Shown here one piece after another: positions 9,847-19,813 of a stretch of DNA of 64,000 bases. This stretch comes from a virus (Duplodnaviria; Heunggongvirae; Uroviricota; Caudoviricetes), in IMG/VR virus record IMGVR_UViG_2877948078_000003, one strand, 5' to 3'. Below the pieces are notes generated by a model, which was not told where the DNA came from, ran no database searches, and worked only from the letters and a program-made list of their open reading frames with translations. Position numbers and translations under genes: made by a program. The number at the start of each line of letters is the position of its first letter. Position 1 is the stretch's first letter.

Positions 9847-10545
9847 TTACTGCGAAAGTTTATTAATGGAAAGGAAACCGCCGAAATTAGCCACCATGCC
9901 GCGCATCTCACACCCGCGCATGCATTTACTGCATCTGTCCTTCCGGATATCCGTGGTGGGGTTGTCGAACTCATCCGCCACTGCCGGACCGTTATACCCG
10001 CATTCATCGCCCCGGTAATCCCACATACAGGTGTTCGCCAGCATGATGCGACCGGGAAACAGCGCACCGTCCGTCTCCGTCGGTGTCGCCAGCACAAACG
10101 AGGCCGTCATGGTCGTCAGCGCTGACATCTGCTCCACCACCCACCGGTCCGTCAGCTCCTGCTCCGGGTCGGCCTCAGGATTGCCTGCCACAAAATTCAC
10201 CGCATCCAGAAAACGCGCATACACCCGGCGACGGACCACCGTGGCACCCACCAGGCTCTGCAAATCCTCCGCCATCCCGGTGACAAGGCCGAAAAGATTG
10301 GACACCGTCAGCGACGGGCGGGCACTGCTGCCCTTTCCGTTCATCTCAAAGCCGCTGCCCTCAATCGGGTACGCCTCATACTTCCGCCCCTGCCAGGTCA
10401 CCGGCTCCCCTTTTTCATTCAGCTCATTGCAGAAAAAATACCGCTCACCGCCCTGCACCGTCAGGTCGATTTCCCAGAGCACCACCCGCGGTGACTGCTC
10501 TGACTTAACCGACTCGTTCAGGCTTGCTTCGTGAATATCCTGCAT
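9847..10545 (-). CDS. L: Minor tail protein L
   Basis: Matches lambda gpL (VVLWEIDLT, GGERYFFCNE, FGGFLSINKLSQ). Confidence 0.9.
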   Translation of the reverse strand: MQDIHEASLNESVKSEQSPRVVLWEIDLTVQGGERYFFCNELNEKGEPVTWQGRKYEAYPIEGSGFEMNGKGSSARPSLTVSNLFGLVTGMAEDLQSLVGATVVRRRVYARFLDAVNFVAGNPEADPEQELTDRWVVEQMSALTTMTASFVLATPTETDGALFPGRIMLANTCMWDYRGDECGYNGPAVADEFDNPTTDIRKDRCSKCMRGCEMRGMVANFGGFLSINKLSQ

Positions 10546-10874
10546 CAGTTCACCACCTGCTTAAACTCCGCGCTGAACTCAACGCGCAACATCCCGACCC
10601 GCGCAGACCACCCGGCACAGGTCACCTTTATCTGCCGGTATGCATAGGGTGGCTTCCACAAAAATGCCTTCCAGCCCCCGTGCTCTGCCAGGAACGCTTC
10701 CAGATGCCGGGCCTCCTCCCGGGTCACGGAAAGCATCACCCGGTATGTTTTCAGGTCAGCATTCAGCCCTGCCGCCATACGCTGTGAGTACCCGTCACCA
10801 AAACGCACTTCACGCACCGATGGCTGCGAGTTCACCTCCATATCCGGCTTCACTTTCCAGCGAAAGGTTTTCAT
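10545..10874 (-). CDS. M: Minor tail protein M
   Basis: Matches lambda gpM (MKTFRWKVKP..RVEFSAEF). Confidence 0.9.
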   Translation of the reverse strand: MKTFRWKVKPDMEVNSQPSVREVRFGDGYSQRMAAGLNADLKTYRVMLSVTREEARHLEAFLAEHGGWKAFLWKPPYAYRQIKVTCAGWSARVGMLRVEFSAEFKQVVN

Positions 10875-13450
10875 CGCCCGCTCCCTGATAACATACCGCC
10901 ATCACGCAACTGCAACCGGAGCTCATCCTGCGCCCCCTTGCGGGCCATGTCATACACCGCCTTCATCAGCTGCGGCCCCGCCTGTCCGTTGATACCGTCG
11001 TTCTGAATCACCACGTGATTGTTCTGATTAAAATTAATACCTTCCGCCCGCCGCATCTGCGCCGGACTTCCGGCACCACCCACATAACCCCCTTCCGCAT
11101 ATCCGCGCATCAGACGGTAAAGATTCCCCACGCCTATCCGGCTGGTTGCCTCCTTCGTGAAAACAAACTCCCCGCGGTGAACTATCCCCGCAGGCTCATA
11201 TTTGCCGCCCGTCCCCGTAAATCCGCCGGTCGCAAAATGAAAGTTCGCCGCCGCAGCCTCAATGGCCGTTCCCGTGGAAGCGGATGCGCCACCACCGAAA
11301 GCACCACCAATGGCGCTGCCGATACGCCCGACAATGCCCACCATGGCCTGTTTAAGCAGGATTTCTGTCATCATGGACAGCACCGAACGGGTGAATCCCC
11401 GCCAGTCTGCCTCTGCACCGGTCAGCATCGCCGCCATATTCTGTGCAATACCGTCAAAGGTCTGCGTGGCAGCACTTTTAACCTGCGAAAAACTGTCCGT
11501 CGCACTTTCCGCCCACTCCCCCCAGCCGGACTTCAGCCCGGCCAGCCAGTCACCGCGCAGCATGTCTTCATCCGCCCATGTCTGTTTCAGTGCCCCGGTG
11601 ACCTGTGCCAGCGCCTGCGGATTATCGCCGTACACGTCACGAAGACGCTGCGCTTCAGACTCCCGCTGTGCCTGACGGTCAGTGAGACCACGGGCTTTTG
11701 CGCTGATGGCGGCCTGCTTCGCGCTCTGCTGCTCTTCAAACCGCACCGCCTGCTGTGCCAGCTCATTCAGCCGTTTCTGGTATTCAACCTTGTCGCCCAG
11801 CTCAGCCAGCTGGCGTTTGTACTCCAGCGTCTCTTTCTCATGGGCCAGCAGGGATTTTTCCTGCCCGGATAACTGTCGTTTCGTGGCGGCCTCTTTCAGG
11901 ACTGCATACTGACTTTCCGCCTTCCATAAATCACGGCGCTGCTGGCTGATTTTCTCATTCGCACCGCTGTGCTTCTCCAGCGTCCGGAGCTCGGTTTCAA
12001 GCGCCAGCAGGGCAGCATGTGCCCGGTCTTCCTGGCGCTCACCGGCAGACACCTTCGCACCTGACGACTTCGGTTTTTTCAGCGTCGATTCATAATCCTT
12101 TTTCGCCGACGCCATCAGCGTGTTGTAATCCGCCTGCAGGATTTTCCCGTCTCTCAGGGCCCTGTTCAGTTCTTCCTGACGGGCGGTATATTTCTCCAGC
12201 GGCGACAGCAGGCGTTCATACGCTTTCTGCGCCTCTCCGGTATACTTCAGCTGTGACGCCTCACGCTCAGCCCTGTCCCTTGCCGCCAGTTCACCGGCTT
12301 TTTCCATATCCGACTGCAGCGTTGCCGCCGCCAGCCCCAGACGGGCATTTTCCCGGTCATCCCATGCACCCTGAAGGTTGGCCCGGAAAGAGGAGGTTTT
12401 ACCGCGGCGCTGGCTCCGGCTCTGGTACCACTGCCATTTTTTATCCGCCTCATCAAATGCCTTCTGCGCACTGGCGAGCATATCCGCTGAGGATTCAGGA
12501 CGACCGATATCCAGAATGGCATCCCACATCGATTTGAACGCCTTTCCTGTTTTATCCGCCCAGGTTTCCAGCGTCCCCATGTTCTCTTTCAGGCGGCGGG
12601 TCTGCTCATCAAAGCCTTTCGTGGCAGCATCGTTCGCCGCCTGTAAGGCACCGGCCTCGTCTCCGGAACGCTGCAGCTGTGCAACATACGCAATCTGCTC
12701 CGCCGTCACGTTGCGGAACTGGCGTGCCATCGCAGTCAGCCCCGACGTCGGGTCGGTGGTCAGTTTTCCGAAAGCCTCTGCAACCTTGTCCACCTCCACA
12801 CCGGAGGCAGACGCAAAACGCGCCACACTCTGGTTAATGGCATCAAACTGTTCACCACCACGCACACCGGCACTGACCAGGGCTGCCAGTGACTCTCCCG
12901 CCTGGTTAAACGTCAGCCCTGCCGCCTGCCCGGCTCTGGAGAGCGTCAGCATGCGCTCTGCCGTCAGTCCTGACTGATTACCGGAAAGAACCAGGGTTTT
13001 ATTAAACGCTGAAAGCGTGGAATCCCCCTGGTACCAGGCGTACGCCAGCGCACCGGTCGCCACCGCCAGCGAGGTGACCCCGACCATCGGCAGGCTGATC
13101 GCACCGGCAAGCCCCCGGAACATGGGGATCATCCCGCCGAATGAGTCCTTCACCTGACCGCCCTGTTGCAGCAGGATGAGCCAGGGATTCTGACCACCGG
13201 CAAGCTGCGTGGCCACGTCGGTGAACTGCATGGGTAGCATACGCATGGCGGCTTTATACTGCCCGACGGACATCCCGGCTTTTTGTGCAGCCAGCGCCTG
13301 GCGGCTCAGCCCCTGCTCAACAGCAGTGGCGGTTTTTCTGGCGTCAGTCTCCAGTCCTGAAAAATGACGCCTTACGCGGGTCATCTGCTCATCGAAACGG
13401 ACCGCATCCAGACTCAGGTCAATAACAAGATCACCAACCGGCTGGGACAT
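10871..13450 (-). CDS. H: Tail tape measure protein H
   Basis: 859 aa, colinear with lambda gpH. Confidence 0.9.
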   Translation of the reverse strand: MSQPVGDLVIDLSLDAVRFDEQMTRVRRHFSGLETDARKTATAVEQGLSRQALAAQKAGMSVGQYKAAMRMLPMQFTDVATQLAGGQNPWLILLQQGGQVKDSFGGMIPMFRGLAGAISLPMVGVTSLAVATGALAYAWYQGDSTLSAFNKTLVLSGNQSGLTAERMLTLSRAGQAAGLTFNQAGESLAALVSAGVRGGEQFDAINQSVARFASASGVEVDKVAEAFGKLTTDPTSGLTAMARQFRNVTAEQIAYVAQLQRSGDEAGALQAANDAATKGFDEQTRRLKENMGTLETWADKTGKAFKSMWDAILDIGRPESSADMLASAQKAFDEADKKWQWYQSRSQRRGKTSSFRANLQGAWDDRENARLGLAAATLQSDMEKAGELAARDRAEREASQLKYTGEAQKAYERLLSPLEKYTARQEELNRALRDGKILQADYNTLMASAKKDYESTLKKPKSSGAKVSAGERQEDRAHAALLALETELRTLEKHSGANEKISQQRRDLWKAESQYAVLKEAATKRQLSGQEKSLLAHEKETLEYKRQLAELGDKVEYQKRLNELAQQAVRFEEQQSAKQAAISAKARGLTDRQAQRESEAQRLRDVYGDNPQALAQVTGALKQTWADEDMLRGDWLAGLKSGWGEWAESATDSFSQVKSAATQTFDGIAQNMAAMLTGAEADWRGFTRSVLSMMTEILLKQAMVGIVGRIGSAIGGAFGGGASASTGTAIEAAAANFHFATGGFTGTGGKYEPAGIVHRGEFVFTKEATSRIGVGNLYRLMRGYAEGGYVGGAGSPAQMRRAEGINFNQNNHVVIQNDGINGQAGPQLMKAVYDMARKGAQDELRLQLRDGGMLSGSGR

Positions 13451-13895
13451 ATCTCACACCTCCGGAAATCCCCGCTGAAGCCATCATTAATGCAACATCA
13501 TCCTCGCTGACATCCACCACATCCGCAGAAGGTGAAATATCGCCCCCTCCCTCCCCACCGAACCGGACGCCTCCGGCAAGTCCTGCCGCTTTCTGCATCA
13601 GCATGTCTTCCTCATCCGGCCTCTCCGTCTGCGCTTCCTCACGCCGGGGGACAAGCAGACTGAAATCCGAGGGATGCATATCCGGATCGCAAAAAAACAG
13701 GCTGAGTACGGCGTACGTCAGCCCGGAAAAATGCATATCCAGCTGGGTATCGTGAAAATAATGCGTGCGGTAAAAACGTCGCCAGTCGGCATATTCGGTG
13801 GATGTCATCCCGGCAAGCATGGCGCGCCAGTCGGGTCTCCCCATCTCACGCGCCAGTCTGAGGGCAAAGTTCAGCTCGCCGTCGAAGACTTTCCC
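13431..13895 (-). CDS. T: gpT segment of the G-T tail assembly chaperone, made by -1 frameshift from G
   Basis: ORF in the -1 frame downstream of G; slippery heptamer GGGAAAG conserved as in lambda. Confidence 0.75.
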   Translation of the reverse strand, partial: GKVFDGELNFALRLAREMGRPDWRAMLAGMTSTEYADWRRFYRTHYFHDTQLDMHFSGLTYAVLSLFFCDPDMHPSDFSLLVPRREEAQTERPDEEDMLMQKAAGLAGGVRFGGEGGGDISPSADVVDVSEDDVALMMASAGISGGVRYVPAGW

Positions 13896-14302
13896 GCAGA
13901 AAAATCATCATCAGTCAGCGTGTTATTTTTCGCCACTTCAGTAATATCAGTATCCGGACGAACAGCTTCGATCATCCCGGACAGGCACAACACAACGTCT
14001 TCCGCCCGGGCAATGGCATCGGCAGGCCAGGTGGTGAGCACTTCCTGCTCTATCTTCATCACGGCCTCATTCATTGACGGTGACTGCGTTTTCTGTGGAT
14101 GGTTATGCCACAGGGACATCGCCACCAGAAACGCCCCGGTTCTGACAAGGTCTTCCACGCTCACCTGCAGGTTGCCGCTGGCTTCAGCCTCTTCTGCCCG
14201 CCGTTTCAGGAGGGCAAGATGCTCAATACGCTGCAGCGCAGACAGCTCAGAAAGCGTGACAGACACACCGTTATATTCAAATTGTTCTGTTTTCAGAAAC
14301 AT
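13871..14302 (-). CDS. G: Tail assembly chaperone G
   Basis: Matches lambda gpG (MFLKTEQFEYNGVSVTLSELSALQRIEHLAL). Confidence 0.9.
   Translation of the reverse strand: MFLKTEQFEYNGVSVTLSELSALQRIEHLALLKRRAEEAEASGNLQVSVEDLVRTGAFLVAMSLWHNHPQKTQSPSMNEAVMKIEQEVLTTWPADAIARAEDVVLCLSGMIEAVRPDTDITEVAKNNTLTDDDFSAGKSSTAS
13889..13895 (-). other. Programmed -1 ribosomal frameshift site (GGGAAAG) for G-T
   Basis: Heptamer read on the minus strand near the 3' end of G, same motif and position as lambda. Confidence 0.7.
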
Positions 14303-14317
14303 GCTTTATCTCCCCTC

Positions 14318-15067
14318 TCAGCCTGCAGCGCCATCCGTGACGGTGATCTCCGCCACCGCCGCAAACTCACCATTGCCAGTGACAACAGGGATCTGCGCTT
14401 TACCGGCCGCAACACCTTTCACCGTGATCGTGTTCCCTTTCACGGTAATGGTCGCAAAATTCTGATTCGCCGACGTGGCGCGGAAGGTTTTATCCGTCGC
14501 CCCTTCCGGCTGAACAGCCACGGTCAGGGTGATATTCTGACCTTTTGCCACATTGCCCGTTGGTGGCGTCACGGTAATACCGGTGACCGGTGTGATGTCC
14601 CCCTGATCTTCCGCCAGCGACGGACGACCGATATTGGTGATTTTTACCGTACGGGTGATCACCTCTTTGGCGGTCACCGCTTTACCAATGGCGCTCACCC
14701 AGCCACGAAACACATCCACCGTGCCATTCGGGAAACGGATTTTGTAGGCCCGGCTCTCACTGCTGTCAAACCAGGCAATCAAATCGCGCTGCCCTTTCTC
14801 GCCCGGCTTCCAGGCCAGCGTAAAACTGGTGTCACCGGCAGATTTCTGCCCCTGCCCGGTGGATACCCAGTCAGCATCCTCATCATCCAGATAGTTATCA
14901 TCGTAGGATTCTGCCGTCATCTCGCCGGGGGTCAGATCTTTTATTTTTGCCAGGCGCGTCCACTCATCGTCTGACAACGGGTTTGCATAAGCATCACCCT
15001 TGCCGGTGTAAACCCACAGTGTGGTACCGGCACCTTTTACCGGCTCCAGGGGATTTGGTGTTGCCAT
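14318..15067 (-). CDS. V: Major tail protein V with C-terminal Ig-like domain
   Basis: Matches lambda gpV; C-terminal Big_2-like segment. Confidence 0.9.
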   Translation of the reverse strand: MATPNPLEPVKGAGTTLWVYTGKGDAYANPLSDDEWTRLAKIKDLTPGEMTAESYDDNYLDDEDADWVSTGQGQKSAGDTSFTLAWKPGEKGQRDLIAWFDSSESRAYKIRFPNGTVDVFRGWVSAIGKAVTAKEVITRTVKITNIGRPSLAEDQGDITPVTGITVTPPTGNVAKGQNITLTVAVQPEGATDKTFRATSANQNFATITVKGNTITVKGVAAGKAQIPVVTGNGEFAAVAEITVTDGAAG

Positions 15068-15074
15068 ATCGTCC

Positions 15075-15470
15075 TCACATCTCGTATGTAATGGAATAAG
15101 TCAGATCTGCAGAACTCCACAATGCCATATCGTCATCACGACGATACTCATAGCCCTGCGTAACCATCGTGGTAATCATGCCCGCCAGTGCCGGGATCGC
15201 AGTTATCGCCGGGTAAATCCGGCTTTCCATCCACAGATCAAGCTCTGAATCCGGTACCTGTGCCGGTAAAAACACCTCAATATGCAGTGTGGCCCGCCAG
15301 GTATCTGCATCCAGCTCTTCACCGGTATACTCTGCATCCGTCAGATAAACCGCGATCGCGGGAAAATCCTCTTCGTCAAAAACAACGGGGCGACCATCAA
15401 ACAGCGTCGCCCCGTGTTCATGCTGCTCGAGTGCATCCAGCACTGCGGCACGAATATCAGTATGTTTCAT
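15075..15470 (-). CDS. U: Tail terminator protein U
   Basis: Matches lambda gpU. Confidence 0.9.
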   Translation of the reverse strand: MKHTDIRAAVLDALEQHEHGATLFDGRPVVFDEEDFPAIAVYLTDAEYTGEELDADTWRATLHIEVFLPAQVPDSELDLWMESRIYPAITAIPALAGMITTMVTQGYEYRRDDDMALWSSADLTYSITYEM

Positions 15471-16042
15471 CGTTTTATCGCAATCCTCAGTTGTTGTTTC
15501 AGCGCATATGCCAGTTCTTTGGGCAGGCGTTCTCGACGGATACGGTCAACGTTTTCATCAAACGCCTGTTTCAGTGGGGCCGCCATCGGGATTTTCACCA
15601 CCTGAATGGGAAGGCGATTACGCTTTTTCCTGCCCTTGTCATCATTGCCCTCCTCATATCTGGCCTGGGGAAGACGTTGCATAACATGCCAGCGCCCATT
15701 ATTTAATCGCTGGATAAATGCCCGCTGATAACGATGCTGACCGGCTTTGAGTATGCTGTCCGGACGACGCCCCAGCATTCTGATCCCCAGCTTAATCACA
15801 GGGAGATCACCGCGGTTAACGATAATTTTTGCATTCGGATTTCTGACCGTGGCCCGTTTCAGTCTGGACCGTTCCTTAACCAGTTTCCGGCGTACCTTTG
15901 TCTCACGGGCAACCTGTGATGAAGACTGATTAATCGCCGTTGTGGCCACGCGGTTAATCGTCATTGCTGAAGCCGCCGGAATGGCGTTTTTACGAACCCG
16001 GCTCAGATTGTCAATCGCCTGATCAAGCCCTTTTATCGCCAT
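15467..16042 (-). CDS. Z: Tail completion protein Z
   Basis: Position and similarity to lambda gpZ. Confidence 0.85.
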   Translation of the reverse strand: MAIKGLDQAIDNLSRVRKNAIPAASAMTINRVATTAINQSSSQVARETKVRRKLVKERSRLKRATVRNPNAKIIVNRGDLPVIKLGIRMLGRRPDSILKAGQHRYQRAFIQRLNNGRWHVMQRLPQARYEEGNDDKGRKKRNRLPIQVVKIPMAAPLKQAFDENVDRIRRERLPKELAYALKQQLRIAIKR

Positions 16043-16057
16043 AATTTCACCCTGCGT

Positions 16058-16411
16058 TTATCGTCGCCGGTTAACAGCGGGTGGTTGCCCACGGTTGAGC
16101 CAGAGATAACAGCTGCCCCCGTCATCCGGAGAAACACGATCCACCCAGAACATCCCGCCGTTAATGGTCAGCGTGTCACCACGCCGCACGGCACGCACCG
16201 TATCCGTCCGCACAAATAATGACGGGCTGCTTCCTTCAATACGGACCCCGCCACCGGCAAAACCCAGCGACTCCGGATCGTCAAAAACCCCCTGAACTTC
16301 ACCGCCACGTTGTGCTCCGGAGGTGAACTGCGCACGGATCCCCATCACTTCAACAATCGTGCTGTCCACCCCCGCAAGGGCGGCATCAAAGGCATTCTTA
16401 AAATCACGCAT
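16058..16411 (-). CDS. FII: Head-tail joining protein FII
   Basis: Position and similarity to lambda gpFII. Confidence 0.85.
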   Translation of the reverse strand: MRDFKNAFDAALAGVDSTIVEVMGIRAQFTSGAQRGGEVQGVFDDPESLGFAGGGVRIEGSSPSLFVRTDTVRAVRRGDTLTINGGMFWVDRVSPDDGGSCYLWLNRGQPPAVNRRR

Positions 16412-16787
16412 ACTCAGCCGTTCCGTGCTGTATCATGGCCATTGCCAGTGATGATGGCACCAGAACACGCATCCCCCGGAACGTAAGCTCAACAGGACGG
16501 CCTGTCTCCGGGCAATACCCCATCACATGCAGGCACTTGCGCACACGGACGGCTTTAACATCATCCGGAGCATCCGTGTTGTTCAACGGCTCACCATCGT
16601 CTGTGTCATTTTGATCAGACCAGCTCTCATCAGAGTGCATAATGCCCTCCCGGGAAGCTGCAAGCTCCTCTTCCCACTCAGACACACGCTGAGCAATATC
16701 CGCAGCACTCCCCGACATATCCGCCTCGCGCCCCAGCAGACCAGCCAGTTGACGAAGACGATTCAGATTTTCTTCTTTTGTTGCCAT
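16404..16787 (-). CDS. FI: DNA packaging protein FI
   Basis: Position between E and FII; acidic linker; start set at internal ATG (MATKEENLNRL). Confidence 0.65.
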   Translation of the reverse strand: MATKEENLNRLRQLAGLLGREADMSGSAADIAQRVSEWEEELAASREGIMHSDESWSDQNDTDDGEPLNNTDAPDDVKAVRVRKCLHVMGYCPETGRPVELTFRGMRVLVPSSLAMAMIQHGTAEYA

Positions 16788-16838
16788 CTCAGCCCCCTGT
16801 GAAAAAAGACACGGGGGCATTTCGCCCCCGCTCCCGGA

Positions 16839-17867
16839 TTATTTCACCTGTACCACCACAAACTCATCCGGATCCGGCAGCACCATCAGCGGTGCAGACT
16901 GCGTCATGGTGAATTCACGGGCCGGATCGCCCACGGTCAGCCAGTGTTTCGGGTAACGGGAAGAAGCCACCACACCTTCGGACAACGCCTGTGCATCCTG
17001 AATGGCACCGTAACAACGGATCCCCTCTGCTGACGTATTTCCCAGGACCAGCGTGCCCTCTGGCAGATAACGTTTTTCGGTACCGTCCTCTGCCACATAA
17101 GACGTTTTCGCCACCACAATAGCCAGATCGCCGTAATACCCTTTGAAAGACACCACCGCTCCCAGGTCTTTCACTGCCGTTTCGAGTTGTGAATTTGAGC
17201 CGCGACGGGTATCCAGTTTTTCGCGGAACAGCTTAAAGCCATTCAGCAGACGCCAGACCGTACCGTCCATAATGGCGATATTCACAAGACCGCTGGCCTG
17301 ATCGCAGTAGAGGTCAATATCATGCGTCGGATCAAACGTATCACGGTCCTGCTCAGACCATTTTTTACCATCAGCCTGCTCAATGTTATTTCCTTCAGAG
17401 CGCCCGAAATCAACCTCGACAGTATCAAACTGCTCCCCTTCCATGGTGTATTTGCCATACAGCACGGCATTCACCGCCTGCATTTCTTCCACCTGGACAA
17501 TGGCATGCTCTTCCTGTTTGAGGTTATCGGTGATGATACGCAGACGACGGTAGGCCGGGTCGTTCAGCTGCGCCGGATCTTCACCGGGAAGGCGCTCCAC
17601 CGCCTGCTGGTAATTAAATTCGTGTTTCGGCTTGACGTAGCCCGGACGTAACACGCGGGTTTCACCACCACGATGACGCAGCACTTTTCCTTCAACAACC
17701 GGGGAGACATAGGCTGCCACCGGCGTTTTTCCGGTAATTTTGTCCAGCATCACCTCTTCGGTGTGGAAATTCACCGTACGGCGGAAAAACAGTTCCAGAA
17801 ACAGCGCACGAAATTTCACTTTTTGTTCGGTATAACCGAGTAACTGGCGGGTCGTAAACAATCCCAT
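16839..17867 (-). CDS. E: Major capsid protein E
   Basis: 342 aa, colinear with lambda gpE. Confidence 0.95.
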   Translation of the reverse strand: MGLFTTRQLLGYTEQKVKFRALFLELFFRRTVNFHTEEVMLDKITGKTPVAAYVSPVVEGKVLRHRGGETRVLRPGYVKPKHEFNYQQAVERLPGEDPAQLNDPAYRRLRIITDNLKQEEHAIVQVEEMQAVNAVLYGKYTMEGEQFDTVEVDFGRSEGNNIEQADGKKWSEQDRDTFDPTHDIDLYCDQASGLVNIAIMDGTVWRLLNGFKLFREKLDTRRGSNSQLETAVKDLGAVVSFKGYYGDLAIVVAKTSYVAEDGTEKRYLPEGTLVLGNTSAEGIRCYGAIQDAQALSEGVVASSRYPKHWLTVGDPAREFTMTQSAPLMVLPDPDEFVVVQVK

Positions 17868-17924
17868 AAATCAGTTCCTTTCATTCAGAAATCAGTCAGG
17901 CCAACGCGGTGGCCTGATAACGTG

Positions 17925-18272
17925 TTACGGCAGCGCCGCGTGACTCAGGGCTGTGCCGACAAAGGCGTTGGCCTTTTTGTGTTCATCCACACGTTCAGGC
18001 CAGCGGATTGCCTCCGTCGCAAAGGTCCCCGACTTGTAATAGGTCAGCACCGTCTCTGTGCCTTCAAGCGGCAGTACCAGTATGCCAGCCGCACTACCGG
18101 CTTTCTGTCCGTCCCAGACCACCAGTTTCCCGGTGGACTCATCCAGCATCAGGGGTGTCAGTGCCGGTGTTGCCTGAGAAATCCCGCTGCTGCCTGTGGC
18201 GGTATGAGCCGGATCATTACCGGCAAAAATACGTACTTCCGCACGCTGTTCAGTGATGGTTTTCGTCACCAT
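17925..18272 (-). CDS. D: Head decoration protein D
   Basis: Matches lambda gpD (NDPAHTATG, TPLMLD, YKSGTF). Confidence 0.85.
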   Translation of the reverse strand: MVTKTITEQRAEVRIFAGNDPAHTATGSSGISQATPALTPLMLDESTGKLVVWDGQKAGSAAGILVLPLEGTETVLTYYKSGTFATEAIRWPERVDEHKKANAFVGTALSHAALP

Positions 18273-18307
18273 TTTGTTAAAACCTCATATTGATGTCAGC
18301 ACTGACT

Positions 18308-19813
18308 TCATGGCATGGCCATGAGCATTTTCACGTCCGCATCACCGTCTGCTGACGTCTGTGGCACGCCACCCTGCACCGCTGCCGGTGAATGGTTCGC
18401 CATGAAATGTTCAAACAGGGCGGTTGTGGATGCAGAAACCGGTTCTGCCTTACCTGATCCCGCAGCCAGCACAGCCCGGGCGTTCTCCACGGTCATTCCC
18501 GGGCAGGCCGCCAGTTTTTCAGCCTGCGCCTCAGCCCCTTTTGCCTCATCCAGGGCCATGATCTGATCACGGAGTGAGGGCCCGACACCCGCCTGTGGTG
18601 CAGCCGCCAGGACAGGGCGGGCTTTTTCCACCGTCATATCCGGCATCGCCGCCAGCGTTGCCGCCAGTTGTTCACGACCTTTCGCTTCTTCACACGCCAT
18701 AATGCGATCGGCTTCACTCAGCGTGGATGCCACCGGCTGCTGTGGTGCTGCCGCGGCCAGAATCGCCCGGGCCTGTTCAACGCTCATGCCCTGTTGTCCT
18801 GCCAGCATCGTGGCAAGGTGTTCACGTCCTTTCGCTTCCTGACACGTCAGGATCCCCATCACTCGCTGGTTCTCCTGCGCGGCAGCTTCCGTTGCAGTTA
18901 ATTGCGGCATAGTGCCTCCTGTATCATGTGTGTTCAGCGCCGCAGCCATCACGCTGATGGCATCCGACGCATTGATTAATTCATCCGCCAGTCCGGCCTT
19001 AATACCGGACTGACCTTCAAAAACGGCAGCCTCTGTCCCCGTGACAGCTTCCACAGACAGCCCCGTATACATCGCCACTTTTTCGGCAAACATCCGGTGC
19101 GCCGCATCAATGCGCTGCTGCATGTCCTGACGCACCTCTGACGGTAACGCTTCAAACTGATTGCCATCCACCTTATGCGCCCCGGCATAAATCAGCGTGA
19201 TATCCACTCCGGCCTGCGCCAGATGACCGGCATAGCTGACATGGCTCATCATCACGCCAATGGAGCCGATACGGGATGTCTGGGTAACCAGCCGTCGGGA
19301 GCAGGCCGACGCCAGCAGCATGGCTGCAGAACAGGCCGTGTCATTGCACAGTGCCCAGACCGGCTTCTGCTGCCGGAGGCGGTAAATCATGTCAGCGCAG
19401 TCAAACGCGCCTGCGGCCTGCCCGCCCGGACTGTCAATGTCCAGCAGTACGCCCCGCACCTGGCTATCCGCCATTGCCTGCTGAAGACAGGCGACAATGC
19501 CGTCATAGCCTGTCATTCCGGAAAATGGCCGCATGCCACCCAGCCGGTGCACCAGCGTGCCGGTCACCGGCAGTACAGCAATACCGTTCACCACCCGGTA
19601 AACACGGGCCGGTCGTTTACCTCCGGCCATGTACTCGTCCGTTTCAGCCAGCATTCCGGGAGCATCAAGCTGCACCTGCTGTTGTGGAACCGAAAGACTT
19701 GCTGCCCCCATCTCGCGCCCCAGCGCGCAAAAGAAAACCCGCGCATAGGCGGGCTCCAGAAGCAGCGGTTCATTGAACGCTGCGGCAATAATGTGTGAAA
19801 GATTACGTCTCAC
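18308..19813 (-). CDS. C: Head protease/scaffold C with nested Nu3-type scaffold region carrying a triplicated ~45-aa repeat
   Basis: N-terminal S49/ClpP-like region similar to lambda gpC; C-terminal EAKGRE..MTVE.AR.VLAAA motif present three times. Confidence 0.85.
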   Translation of the reverse strand: MRRNLSHIIAAAFNEPLLLEPAYARVFFCALGREMGAASLSVPQQQVQLDAPGMLAETDEYMAGGKRPARVYRVVNGIAVLPVTGTLVHRLGGMRPFSGMTGYDGIVACLQQAMADSQVRGVLLDIDSPGGQAAGAFDCADMIYRLRQQKPVWALCNDTACSAAMLLASACSRRLVTQTSRIGSIGVMMSHVSYAGHLAQAGVDITLIYAGAHKVDGNQFEALPSEVRQDMQQRIDAAHRMFAEKVAMYTGLSVEAVTGTEAAVFEGQSGIKAGLADELINASDAISVMAAALNTHDTGGTMPQLTATEAAAQENQRVMGILTCQEAKGREHLATMLAGQQGMSVEQARAILAAAAPQQPVASTLSEADRIMACEEAKGREQLAATLAAMPDMTVEKARPVLAAAPQAGVGPSLRDQIMALDEAKGAEAQAEKLAACPGMTVENARAVLAAGSGKAEPVSASTTALFEHFMANHSPAAVQGGVPQTSADGDADVKMLMAMP

